In this document: one piece after another, positions 27,255 through 38,653 of the stretch | Numbering within the stretch: position 1 is the stretch's first letter | How the letters are laid out: every line of letters starts with the position of its first letter | NCBI RefSeq assembly: GCF_006345805.1 | Contig: NC_042998.1 | Span: 7,688,001-7,752,000 of the forward strand | Length of the DNA: 64,000 bases | Reading direction: 5' to 3' | Origin: Octopus sinensis | Taxonomy: Eukaryota | The notes under the pieces: generated by a model | What the model was told of the DNA's origin: nothing | Databases searched by the model: none | The model's input: the letters and a program-made list of their open reading frames with translations, nothing else | Translations under genes and position numbers: made by a program

Positions 27255-27625
27255 GCTTTTACTTGTTTCAGCCAGTGCACTGTGGCCATGCTGGTGTACC
27301 GACTTGAAGGGTTTAGTTGAACAAATTAATGCCAGTACTTGATTTTTAAAGCCTGTTGCCTATTCTCTCGCTCTCCTTTAGTGAATCCGCTCGATCACCC
27401 GGATGTAAACAAACCAAAACCGGTGGTGAAGGACAAACATAAATATACGCCACGTACATTTCCCCATTTCTGCAAGCTTCTTTCATCCCCCATCTACCTA
27501 ATCTATTAATAAAGCTTCGGTTTACACGGGGCTGTAATAGAAGACACTTCTCCAAAATGCCATGTAGTGGGATTGAACCCGGAATCATGTTGTTGGAAAG
27601 CGAGCTGCCTACCACACAGGCACGT
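27255..27625 (-). mobile_element. SINE family A, old diverged copy
   Basis: TTTTACTTGTTTCAG tail and GTGGGATTGAACCCGGAATCATGT head. Confidence 0.7.
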
Positions 27626-27707
27626 CTGTGCCAATATCTATCTACATGCGTGTGAGTGTACGTGCATGCGTGCATGTATCTATATCTATACATGCACACA
27701 CACACAC

Positions 27708-28087
27708 GGGATCTGTTCAGTTTGGCTCACAGATCTTTTAATTAATATTTTTTTTTAGCTAAACAGTTGGAAACTTCGTATACTGGTGTAATTTCTCACG
27801 CAGAACATGGTTTACTTTGAGCATTATTGTTAAAGTTGTTGTATTTGGGTAATCACTATCGCATAGAGCAGTAGCTTTCTTCACGTTGTTGATTGGTTAA
27901 AATTACCCAAATACAACGTTAACACGAAGTAATTTCAAAAATACGAAATTTTATCAAAATGGTTCAAAGTAAACCGTGTTCTGCGTGAGAAATTACATCG
28001 GTATACGAAGTTTCAAACTGTTTGGTTAAAAAAAAAAAAATCAGCTAAACTAACTAAAAATTCTGTAAGCCAAACTGAACAGATTCC
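27708..28087. mobile_element. MITE with long terminal inverted repeats
   Basis: GGGATCTGTTCAGTTTGGC...GCCAAACTGAACAGATTCC. The arms pair over more than 100 bp (AAACTTCGTATAC, TAATTTCTCACGCAGAACA, TTTACTTTGA). Confidence 0.85.
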
Positions 28088-28582
28088 ACACAGGAAATCA
28101 TACATACTTTCGATCTCTGATTATTCCACGTATACGCAACAGCAAACACACTCATACACAGACACAAACCCACACATACACCTTGCCCTCCTACTCCACT
28201 CTCCAACACACACACACACGCACATACTTATATCCATTTCAGCAGTCAGATGAAATACGCCTGTTTGTACTGTCCACTTAATTACTCTACAATGAAACTG
28301 AAGGCCTTCACAGGATTCACATACCGGATGATAACCTGAAGGTATTCCACAGGTGGTTTCCGGTTGCAGTCAAATACAGAAACACTGATAAATAAATACG
28401 AAGACACACACATGTGTTTATATAGACATAAGGAAACATATGAAACAGATTGATATGAATATATTTTCACCTGGTTTGTTTACTGTAATGTTTCTTTAGG
28501 CACGGAATGTGTGGATGGAATTTAAATTTTATATTTAAATGTATAAACCACAAAATAGCAGAGATACTCATACACACACATT

Positions 28583-28623
<41 letters not shown>

Positions 28624-28704
28624 TATATATATATATATGTATACAGACATACACGCACATACAGACATACATACAAATTTACACTCATGCATATACATGT
28701 ATGT

Positions 28705-28745
<41 letters not shown>

Positions 28746-29084
28746 AACATGCACACACACGCACATATATAATAAATAGGCAGGTAGATAGAGCGAAAGA
28801 GAGGGAGAGGGGGAAAGGGAGAGAGGAGAGGGGAGAGAGGGAGAGAAAAAGAGAGAGATTAGGTGGGAGCAAAGAAGGAAAGCGAATTTTCAATTCTAAA
28901 AGGAAAAAGATATGATTTATTTATTTATTTATTGGAAGCTAAAACTTCACGATTCATACGCTGTGGTACACGTTACCGCTGTGTGTGCGTGCGTACCCTG
29001 TGTGTGTGTGTGTGTGTGTGTGTGCATGTGCGTGCGTGCGTACTCTGTGTGTGTGTGTGTGTGTGTATGCGTGAAATTGTTTGT

Positions 29085-29312
29085 GGAGCCGTGTGGGTTA
29101 GTGGTTAGGGTATTGCACTCATGATTGTAAGATTGTGGTTTCGATTCCTGGGCAGGGTGATACGCTTTGTTCTTGAGCCAAAACACTTCATTTTACGTTG
29201 CTCCGGTCCACTCACCTAACAAAAGTATGTAATTCTGTGACGGACTAACGTCCCGTCCATATATGCGCCACGATATCCAGTAAATCGGCCTTATGAGCCT
29301 ATGACTCGGGGA
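29085..29312 (+). mobile_element. SINE family C head/core with V-SINE-like tail
   Basis: GTGGTTAGGGTATTGCACTCATGATTG..GTTCTTGAGC..GTCCACTCA followed by GTGACGGACTAACGTCCCGTCCA..ATGAGCCT. Confidence 0.7.
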
Positions 29313-29417
29313 TACCACCCTGACAGACAGGTAGATAGATAGATAACCTTCGACACTTCAACCAGCAGAACATCGAGGTTGTGATAGCTGGAAGGCGATA
29401 CGGCTCTATTAGCAACA

Positions 29418-29560
29418 GACTGGTACTCGTTTTCAGCTGAGTTGCCTGGAGCAAAATGTGATGAAGCTTCTTGTTCAAGGGGATAACCAGTTGCTTAGCT
29501 CTGGAATGGAACCACTACCTTACGACTACGTGGCAAACATTCCTAACCACTGAGCCATGC
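29418..29560 (-). mobile_element. SINE family C, diverged partial
   Basis: CAGCTGAGTTGCCTGGAGCAA..CCTAACCACTGAGCCATGC. Confidence 0.65.
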
Positions 29561-29596
29561 ACTTGCATTTACACGCACATAGACATACGTGCATAT

Positions 29597-29640
<44 letters not shown>

Positions 29641-29700
29641 TATATCATACATACATACATACATTACATACATACATACATACACATATACATACATACA

Positions 29701-29735
<35 letters not shown>

Positions 29736-30210
29736 GTATATATATATATAAGGGCAAAAGATCAAACTATTTTAATAGAAAGAGGATGCTTATAGAGATA
29801 ATTTGCCCGGGAGATTAACTGTTAATTTGTTCGACGCTGAGCATGTTATTTTAGCCATTTACGGTAGTGAGATAAGAATGTGAGTTCTACAAAGGAAGAT
29901 TTATTCGTCGTAGTAGTGCTGGAATTGTAAGTCAGCAATGCTCAGTCTCTTAGAAGTAGCCCTTCAGTGTATATGGTTTTGAATGACCCGGGAAGCGCAC
30001 AAGTCGCTCTTTAACATCCCACGTCATTGTACAGAACAGACATATATCGCTATTTCTCCACCCTCGTATCTGATTTTATACGCAACACCTATGGGTGTTG
30101 ATTATAGCGGTTTATTGAGAAAGGGAAGAAAAGTTTGAAGGAACTGTTACAAACGGAGATGATAAGGATAATTGTATAGGTCCAAATTGGATTTCACGAT
30201 AGAAAGGTGT

Positions 30211-31206
30211 CATTGTCAAAGTACATGCAGGAAAATCCTTCTGAAAAAGTTCAGTACGCCGAGAAATTAAGTCTCGCAACTTCATATAAGAAGAAAATGA
30301 CAATATGACAAAAGCTGTAACGCTGAGAGTTAGCAATGAACTTGCAGGTAAAAGTTGAGCTGGTGCGAAGATGATGATGAGAAGCTGGACTTGCAGTGGA
30401 AAAACGGTGTAAGCCATACACTGAACAAAGCAGGATGTTGAAATGAGCTGCTTACTGTACTTGCGACGAAATAGGATGTTGAAATATTAACAAATCTGGG
30501 ATTTGAAACTTCCATATGTAAACTGGTTGAAATATTGTTTCCGGTTGAAATAAATTTTAGTGGCGTTGTTGACGGAGAAAAAACAAAGGTCTGCCGGTAT
30601 CGTGAAGGAAGAAATGCTGTTTATTCAAAATGTCGATGGTCGAGCATCCGTCAAGTTCAAACATGTCATGAAATGGATACGATGTTGTGTGAAGACTGGC
30701 AAATGGTGATCCCAAAAGGTGGCGATAACAATAACAATCATGACAGGGTACCGAGTTCAAAAGTAAGGTACAGAACCATCGAGAAACGTTGACTCAAGAC
30801 GCGTGTCAAATGTGAGAGAAAGAAGATGCAAACTGCCAAAATTTGATCCACAAATTCTAGCTTCTTGCAATTTCTGAGGAACGGAGCTGAAGAAAAATTG
30901 CGAAGAATGTAGGATGAAAAAGTTGCCGTACAGTTGAAAAAGTTTCAAGTTTCCTCATCCTCCGGCCATGAGAAACGGAAAAATGAATTTTGAAAGAGAA
31001 TCAAAAATTCACAACAGCAGTATTAAACGATGAATATGTGGCGAAATTGTAAACTTGACGCGAGTTGCAGATGAAATGAACTGAACTTGGTTACGAGGGT
31101 GGATCATGATCATAAGAAAATTTGTCATAGATGTCGAAAGCGGCGAAAGGAACTGGAAGATAGCCATACTGTTGCAGTTACACGAAATTGTATTGCTTAG
31201 AAATAA
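30211..31206 (+). repeat. Block A': inverted copy of 22053-23051
   Basis: Long near-identical reverse-complement match. Confidence 0.9.
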
Positions 31207-31446
31207 ACATAAATTGGTGACCAACCTACGTGGATCTCAAAGTCTACCCTGGAGTATAATCTCCACAGAAACTGACAACCAACCGACATGATTATTCTCC
31301 AGGCTAGAATTAGGGATCCACGTCTGTTGGTCACCAATTTATGTTTATTCGCAAGATCACCAATTTATGTTTATTCGCAAGATCACCAATTTATGTTTAT
31401 TCTCGGGGTCACCAATTTGTTTTTTTCCCGGAGTCACCAATTTATG
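31202..31446. repeat. Foldback (60-bp arms) plus 26-bp tandem repeats of the arm end
   Basis: 31202-31261 pairs with 31290-31349. TCACCAATTTATGTTTATTCGCAAGA-like units repeat about five times. Confidence 0.85.
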
Positions 31447-31456
31447 TAGTGGTAAT

Positions 31457-31597
31457 ATGTACATTATTTACAGTTGACGGATATTTGTCCTCATCTTGTT
31501 TGTTGTGAACACTTTTTTTCACAACAAAATAGATGAGGACAAATATCCGTCAAATGTAAATAATATACATAATTCCCCATCTCTTAAATATAGAACT
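31457..31597. repeat. Palindromic remnant, probably a PLE inverted terminus
   Basis: ATGTACATTATTTACAGTTGACGGATATTTGTCCTCATCT pairs with AGATGAGGACAAATATCCGTCAAATGTAAATAATATACAT. Confidence 0.75.
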
Positions 31598-31619
31598 GGT
31601 TATATATGGTGAGAACAAG

Positions 31620-32057
31620 TTGATGTGGCTGTGTGTATATTATTACAAGAATTCATATAGAGATGAAGAATAAATTCAAGAACTATATATTTACTACATA
31701 AAAATGTATTTCATTTACTGGTCGCTGTTGATACATAATCAAAATGTCGAATCTAGTTCAATGAAGTAATCTATGCAAGAAAGTTCAGAAATAGAAAATG
31801 TAGAAATAACAGCATAGATAAATAGAAGGACATAGTAATTACGTGAATGGCTCTAAGTCTAATTGAGTAAGAAGCGAAGAGCAGGGTTAGCAAGCTGTTT
31901 TTTATTAATGCAACGCTAAACATTCTAGAAACTTTCAAGAGAAACACTAAGCTTCTTGAATAATTAAGAATCATGTCTCATGACATACAAGCTTCGAGAA
32001 ACTTAGTAAATGAAAGTTACTATATAATTCAACTAGATCATTCAACTATCTAGCTAC
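31620..32057 (-). repeat. Block B': inverted paralog of 23862-24680 lacking the SINE-C
   Basis: The reverse complement reads continuously ..ATATATAGTTCTTGAATTTATTCTTCATCTCT across the insertion point. Confidence 0.85.
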
Positions 32058-32380
32058 TGCCTCCCAACCACATGGTTCCTGGTTCAGTCCCACTGCGTGA
32101 CACCTTGGGTAAGTGTCTTCTACTATAGGTTTAACTTGACCAAAACCTTGTGAGTGGATTTTGAAGTCGGAAATGGAAGCTTGTTGTATATATATATGTG
32201 TGTGTGTGTGAGTATGTTTTGCTGCCCTCTACCACTTGACGATAGGTGTTGGTGGGTTCACGTCCCTAAAAGCTAGCGTTCTGCAAAAGAGTCCGATAGA
32301 ATAAGTACCAAGCTTTAAAAAAAAGGTGGTTCCCCAGCATGGCCACAGTCTAATGACTGAAAAAAGTAAGAAAAAAAGGG
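32058..32380 (+). mobile_element. SINE family A, diverged and 5'-clipped
   Basis: CCAACCACATGGTTCC..CACCTTGGGTAAGTGTCTTCTACTATAG..ATGACTGAAA. Confidence 0.8.
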
Positions 32381-32386
32381 TGAAAG

Positions 32387-32444
<58 letters not shown>

Positions 32445-33130
32445 TGTCCGACTGCGTGCATGGCATGTATGTTTAGGTCATGTGTATAGACGTGATGGCT
32501 TACAGTGAAATCGTACTTCGCTATGAATATGTGTGTGTGTATTTGAGAAAAAAATATACGAAAGCTGCTACCAGCTTAATTTCTACAACGTGTATGCCTA
32601 CGTTATTCCATACATGTACAAATGTTCATTTGTTGGCCATTTTGAACCGTTCCTATGCGTGTACAAACACGGATGTGTTATATTATTATTGACAAGCTAA
32701 CCTCTAAACAAATTCCCTATCTATCCCTGATCAATAATCCCCTCACTTCCCCCTTAGTTTTATTCTCCATCCACTTCCACCCTCTCTCTCCATCCCAAAT
32801 TCGTTTTCTTGTTCGCTCTCCAAACACTTCCCGCTAATGCATTTCCTGTAACTAAATTCTTTACCAATTCCAGCAATTCTCTCCCAATTCTTGGATTTCT
32901 TTGAGTTAGGACAAAGAAAAGAATTTCTATCTGCTCCAAAGAAGGACTCTATTCGAATCATTGGAAACTACTGCCAACGTGATATACGGACTTGAAATCT
33001 TCACATCATGCCACTAAAAGTAATTTTGCCGCCAATGCAAACTCCCCACTCCATTCTGTTTTCTGTTTTGTTTTGTTTTCTTTTACTAGGCACACACACA
33101 CACACAAACACAGTACTGGGATTAGCATGC

Positions 33131-33181
<51 letters not shown>

Positions 33182-33258
33182 CATATATATATATACATAT
33201 ATATATATATAATATATATATACATACATATATAATATACATATATATATATACATAC

Positions 33259-33311
<53 letters not shown>

Positions 33312-33335
33312 ATATATATTATATATATATATATA

Positions 33336-33656
33336 GGTAGGAGCACTCCGTCGGTTAAGACGACGAGGGTCCCCGCTGATACGATCAACGGAACAGCTTG
33401 CTCGTGAAATTAACGTGCAAATGACTGAGCAATCCACAGATACTTGTACCCCTAACGTAGTTCTCAGGGAGATTCAGCGTGACACAAAGTGTGACAAGAC
33501 CTTCACTTTGAAATACAGGTACAACTCCCTTTTGCCAGCTGAGTGGACTGGAGCAACGTGAAATAAAGTGTCTTGCTCAAAGACATAGCACATTGCTGGG
33601 AATTGAACTCACGACCTTACAATCGTGAGCCAAATGCCCTAACCACTAAGCCACAC
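33336..33656 (-). mobile_element. SINE family C head/core with an alternative tail
   Basis: CAGCTGAGTGGACTGGAGCAACGTGAAATAAAGTGTCTTGCTCAA core. The tail ends CCCTCGTCGTCTTAACCGACGGAGTGCTCC. Confidence 0.8.
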
Positions 33657-34209
33657 ACATACACACACACACATATATATATATATATATGTGGAGAGAG
33701 ACAGAAAGACAGAGACAGACAGACGAACAGACAGAGAAAGTCAGAGAGAGACTGAGACAGAGACAGAGAGAGAGAGACAGACACACATAAACATAAATAT
33801 GTGTGCATGTGTTCGTATGTCCATGCATATGCATGTGCCCCTATACAGTATGTAGCTGTATGGTTGAAGCCATATCGTGTACCCTTTACGTGTACCCGTG
33901 TACCCTTTACAGGCACAACTCATTTTCGACAGCTGACTGAACTGGAGAGCAACGTGAAATAAAATGTCTTGCTCAAGGACACGACGTGTCACCAGAAACC
34001 AAATTCACGCGTCTCTACCTGAGTATGCATATAAAGTCTGGAACGCACAGGCGGAAAGCAATATTGAATTACGAAAAGTCCCGGAAAGAAATTGGCTACG
34101 ATTTATAATTTCCGTTTAATAAAATAGATGTCTACGCACGAAAACGATTATCTATCTGGAACTCGAAGAACTTGTAGACCGATGAGCATTGTCAAGGACA
34201 GAGAAATAA

Positions 34210-34605
34210 GTATTTCTTATTTTGACTCAAGGACAACAAGTAAGTAGAAGCGGGTGGCAAATCGATTACATCGATCCGAGTGCTTCAGTAGTATTTGATT
34301 TTTCAGCTCGAAAGGATGAAAAGCAAAGTTGACCACGGTGGAATTTGAACTCAGCACGTAAAGGGCTAACGATTTTGTCAGGAAAAAAAATTCCTTTCAA
34401 ATATAGGCACAGGGCTAGACATTTTGGGTTAGGAAATAAGTCGATGACATCAACACCAGCACTTAACTGGTACTAATTTTTCCACCCCAAAGGAATGAAA
34501 AACAAAATCGACTTCGGCAGAATTTGCTCACAAAATGTTTAGAGACGGAAGAAATGACGCCTGAACATTTTTTCTCTTCCGATGTGCAAACGCTTCTGCC
34601 AGTTA
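34210..34605 (-). mobile_element. Two diverged SINE-B copies
   Basis: AAAGGATGAAA..AAAGTTGAC..GGAATTTGAACTCAG motif occurs twice. Confidence 0.7.
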
Positions 34606-34644
34606 AATAATGCATACGTTTCTTCTCGGTAGGACTTACATACC

Positions 34645-34876
34645 TATTTCTTTATTACCCACAAGGGGCTAAACACAGAGGGGATAAACAAGGACAGACA
34701 TAGGTATTAAGTCGATTACATCGACCCCAGTACGTAACTGGTACTTAATTTATCGACCCCGAAAGGATGAAAGGCAAAGTCGACCTCGGCGGAATTTGAA
34801 CTTACAACGTAACGCAGACGAAATACCGCTAAGCATTTCGCCCGGCGTGCTAACGTTTCTGCCAGCTCGCCGATAC
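34645..34876 (-). mobile_element. SINE family B, full length, tail type 2, 16-bp TSD
   Basis: TSD GTAGGACTTACATACC at 34629-34644 and 34877-34892. Confidence 0.9.
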
Positions 34877-35034
34877 GTAGGACTTACATACCGACTTCAC
34901 TCTTGTAAATGTGACTAAAGAGAAATCGTAAAACTATAAAAGTACCATAGTTAAAAGGTTTTCGTAGCTTAATATTAAGAAAACATGCAGTGACATACAT
35001 ATAGACACATTCATGTACACAACAACACATATAC

Positions 35035-35225
35035 TTAGGAACTGGATTTAATGTGTCCCCTGATTTACCATCATTACATGAACCTTTGTTGCTTTCAGGA
35101 GTATCCAATGGATTGTTGGTATTTGAACCAAGTCTTTGGTAATGGGCAAATTTATGTATTTTAGCTTTTCTCTCTCCTGCATCGGAGACCCTGCCAGAAT
35201 GCCTTGGCATCGGTGGCTCTGCCAT
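35035..35225 (-). CDS. Candidate first coding exon (unverified)
   Basis: ccaATGG start and unique non-repetitive peptide MAEPPMPRHSGRVSDAGERKAKIHKFAHYQRLGSNTNNPLDTPESNKGSCNDGKSGDTLNPVP. Possible donor AA|GTATAT. No recognisable domain. Confidence 0.25.
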
Positions 35226-35302
35226 TGGTAAACCATCAAATACACACACAAAAGTACACGCACTTGCGCACGCACATACATACCTGCGTGTATACATATA
35301 TA

Positions 35303-35473
35303 GGCGCAGGAGTGGCTGTGTGGTAAGTAGCTTGTTTACCAACCACATGGTTCCGGGTTCAGTCCCACTGCGTGGCATCTTGGGCAAGTGTATTCTACTA
35401 TAGCCTCGGGCCGACCAAAGCCTTGAGAGTGGATTTGGTAGACGGAAACTGAAAGAAGCCCGTCGTATATATG

Positions 35474-35504
<31 letters not shown>

Positions 35505-35716
35505 TTGTGTGTCTGTGTTTGTCCCCCTAGCATTGCTTGACAACCGATGCTGGTGTGTTTACGTCCCCGTTACTAGCGGTTCGGCAAAAAAGACCGATAG
35601 AATAAATACTGGGCTTACAAAAGAATAAGTCCCGGGGTCGAGTTGCTCGATTAAAGGCGGTGTTCCAGCATGGCCGCAGTCAAATGACTGAAACAAGTAA
35701 AAGAGTAAAGAGAGAG
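35303..35716 (+). mobile_element. SINE family A, full length
   Basis: GGCGCAGGAGTGGCTGTGTGGTAAG ... GAAACAAGTAAAAGAGTAAAGAG. Confidence 0.92.
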
Positions 35717-36337
35717 TATTATACGCATACATCACTTCTTAACCACACGTGACGCAGCTTAAAATACTAAATGATTCCAAGCAATTTAATTTTACGTTTG
35801 CATTGGATATGCTAAAGTCTGAGTTTCAGTGTAATTACTTTGGTTCTGTATGCTATGTGACATTTTAAAAATCTGTGGACATGTGCTTGTGTGTTTATGA
35901 ATTAAAGGTAATTTGTAAATGTAGCCCATTGGTATGTTCATAAGTCTTAAAAACTAAACCGCCGACATGATGACTCTCTTGTACGTGTTCTGTTCGCCTT
36001 TTAAGTTGTTAGTTGTTCAACATTCGAGGTTTCGGGGAAGCTTGCATGCGTGTATATAAAAATGGATGTAAAGTGAGAGGGAAAAAAGGAGAAATGGTCA
36101 CATAGAAAAGGAATGTGGTATAATTTTACTGCCTCATTTGCATACACCGGATTATTTATTTAATAGCTGTTCATAATATCAGTAAATGTAATTTTGTTCG
36201 TGTCCTATGTTGGAGGCGGCGAATCTCTTCGAGGCACGTGGCTGGCTGCGAGTAAACGTTATTGACAAGGCCTATGAAGATCGAAATGGTATGTCACGTT
36301 CTCATTAACCGCTATTGGGACGATTTTATAAATCCTT

Positions 36338-36379
<42 letters not shown>

Positions 36380-36475
36380 TGCTTGTATATATGTATATAT
36401 GCATGTATGTATGCATATATATATATATATATTTATATATATTTATGAAAAGAAAAACAGGATGCAAAGGATTTA

Positions 36476-36562
36476 GCGGTACATATGTTTCTGGCTTTAT
36501 TGGACAGTTTATATCAATGCATAATTGATGTAACATGTAGGTCAATAGCCTTCTTCAGCCGC
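36476..36562 (-). ncRNA. Mirror copy of the type I hammerhead ribozyme
   Basis: Left arm of the palindrome. Core and stems are identical on the minus strand. Confidence 0.75.
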
Positions 36563-36758
36563 GCACAATTACCACACCAAAGACAGGTATTACATTATAG
36601 CAGGTTTGAGAAGAAACGGTATGGACGTTTTGTTTTGGTGTCTCGCTTTGCTATATACGACTATGAGGATTTTCATCCCCAACGTACCTCGTCTTTTTCC
36701 CAAACTTCTTCGCAAACCTGCTATAGTGTAATACCTGTCTTTGGTGTGGTAATTGTGC

Positions 36759-36845
36759 GCGGCTGAAGAAGGCTAGTGACATACATGTTACATCAATTAT
36801 GCATTGATATAAACTGTCCAATAAAGCCAGAAACATATGTACCGC
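36759..36845 (+). ncRNA. Type I minimal hammerhead ribozyme (PLE type), core intact
   Basis: GCGG-CTGAAGA-A-GGCT..50 nt..AGCC-A-GAAAC-ATAT-GTA-CCGC. Stem I is GCGG/CCGC, stem II GGCT/AGCC, stem III the palindrome ACATATGT, and the cleavage triplet is GUA. Confidence 0.75.
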
Positions 36846-36957
36846 TAAATCCTTTGCATCCTGTTTTTCTTTTGATAAATATACCCTATTACCTACACCG
36901 CTAACTAGCATATACAGGTGCTTACAGTTATCAAGTATTCACCCTGAATTTTTTGTA

Positions 36958-37028
<71 letters not shown>

Positions 37029-37699
37029 CTGTGTGTGTCTGTGTGTGTCTGTGTGTGTGTGTGTGTGTAAAAGATGTAATAATGAAGTCAAACCAAATAA
37101 TGATAGTTTGAAATCATTTAATACGCTCGTATTGGGTTTGGGTAATATATATTAGGTGATGCCTTCATTTAAAACATTTCAAAATATGAGGAAAAATAGA
37201 TGGAAATATTTCGATCTATATTTGCTTAGAGTAGTAGATCACCTACTAAGGTAGAACGCTAAATATGCATACAGAGAAGGAGAAAGAAGAGGAATAGGAG
37301 AGAGAGAGAAAGAAAAAATGGATGGGGAAAAGAAGAGAAGGATATTATTAAGTGTTGGAGTTGTGAGGAGAAGAAAAAATGTACGAGTGAATAATGTTGA
37401 AAGAAAATGGGAGAGTTGTCACTGGAAATTATGAACTTTCGAGAGAACATGAAATAATTGGTTTCTGTAATAGATCTGAAAGCACACATAAAGCTATAAA
37501 TCAAAGCGTGTATATATTGGATTGTAAAACGGTTTTTACTGTGGTACGCGAACCCACAACTCCAGTAGACATGAAAGAGCGTATTCTATATAAAAAGAGC
37601 TTTTTAACCCCAATATTTATTACTTATACCTTTATTTGTCCTTCGAGATCCATTTTAAAAAGAATATATGTGTGTATATTCGTGAGTATAAAATACATT

Positions 37700-38115
37700 T
37701 TAAATTTTGGTACAAGGCCAGCAATTTTGGGGGAGGGGATAAATCGATCAGATAGACCACATTGATCAACTAGCACATATTTTATCAAGCCTGAAAGGAT
37801 GAAAGCAAAGCCAACCTCAGATCGTGAAGACGGATGAAATAGTGCTAAGCATTTTACCCAGGTTGCTAACGATTCTGCCAGCTTGCTGCTTTGCGTGTAT
37901 CTATAATATGGGTTTCAAATTTTGCCACAAGGCCTACAGTTTCGGAAAAGAGTAAGTCGATTACATCGAATCCAGCGTTCAACTGGATCTTATTCTACCG
38001 ATCTCGAAAGGATGAAAGACAAAGTCGGCCCTGACGGAATTCGAACTCAGAACGTAAATGTGAGCGAAATGCTTCTCAGTATTTTGCTCAGCGTGCTAAT
38101 GACACTGCCAGCTCG
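37700..38115 (-). mobile_element. Two diverged SINE-B copies
   Basis: GAAAGGATGAAAG..AAAG(T)C motif and GCTAA..CTGCCAGCT head occur twice. Confidence 0.7.
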
Positions 38116-38240
38116 TGTGTAGGCATAATATTGAATAGATGTTGTTAGTATCATAAACATATATGATAGGGATCTTTACCTTTTGACTGACAGATTTAAA
38201 AAATAATTTTTTGTAACTAAACACTTTCAAACTTCGGACA

Positions 38241-38653
38241 TCTTTTACTCTTTACTCTTTTACTTGTTTCAGTCATTTGATTGAGGCCATGCTGGAGCAC
38301 CGCCTTTAGTCGAGGAAATCGACCCCGAGACTTATTCTTTGTAAGCCCAGTACTTATTCTATCGGTCTGTTTTGCCGAACCGCTATGTGACGGGGACGTA
38401 AACACACCAGCATCGGTTGTCAAGCAATGCTAGGGGGACAAACACACACACACATACACATACACATATATACATATATATACATATATACGACAGTCTT
38501 CTTTCAGTTTCCGTCTACCAAATCCACTCACAAGGCATTGGTCGGCTCGAGGCTATAGCAGAAGACACTTGCCCAAGATGCCACGCAGTGGGACTGAACC
38601 CGGAACCATGTGGTTGGTTAGCAAGCTACTTACCACACAGCCACCCCTGCGCC
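38241..38653 (-). mobile_element. SINE family A, full length, nested in a MITE-like remnant related to 27708-28087
   Basis: Colinear A copy. The flanks GGGATCTTTACC..AAACTTCG and TATTTCGGTAATTTCAACCAATCAA resemble that MITE. Confidence 0.85.

Larger units (their letters stand above)
36448..36873. repeat. 168-bp near-perfect inverted repeat (PLE-type inverted pLTR)
   Basis: Arms 36448-36615 and 36706-36873, about 4 mismatches by eye, 90-bp spacer. Confidence 0.95.

Noticed and set aside
36775-36824. SECIS element within the hammerhead stem II insert
   Set aside because: The spacing between UGA, AA and GA is too short for a SECIS helix II.
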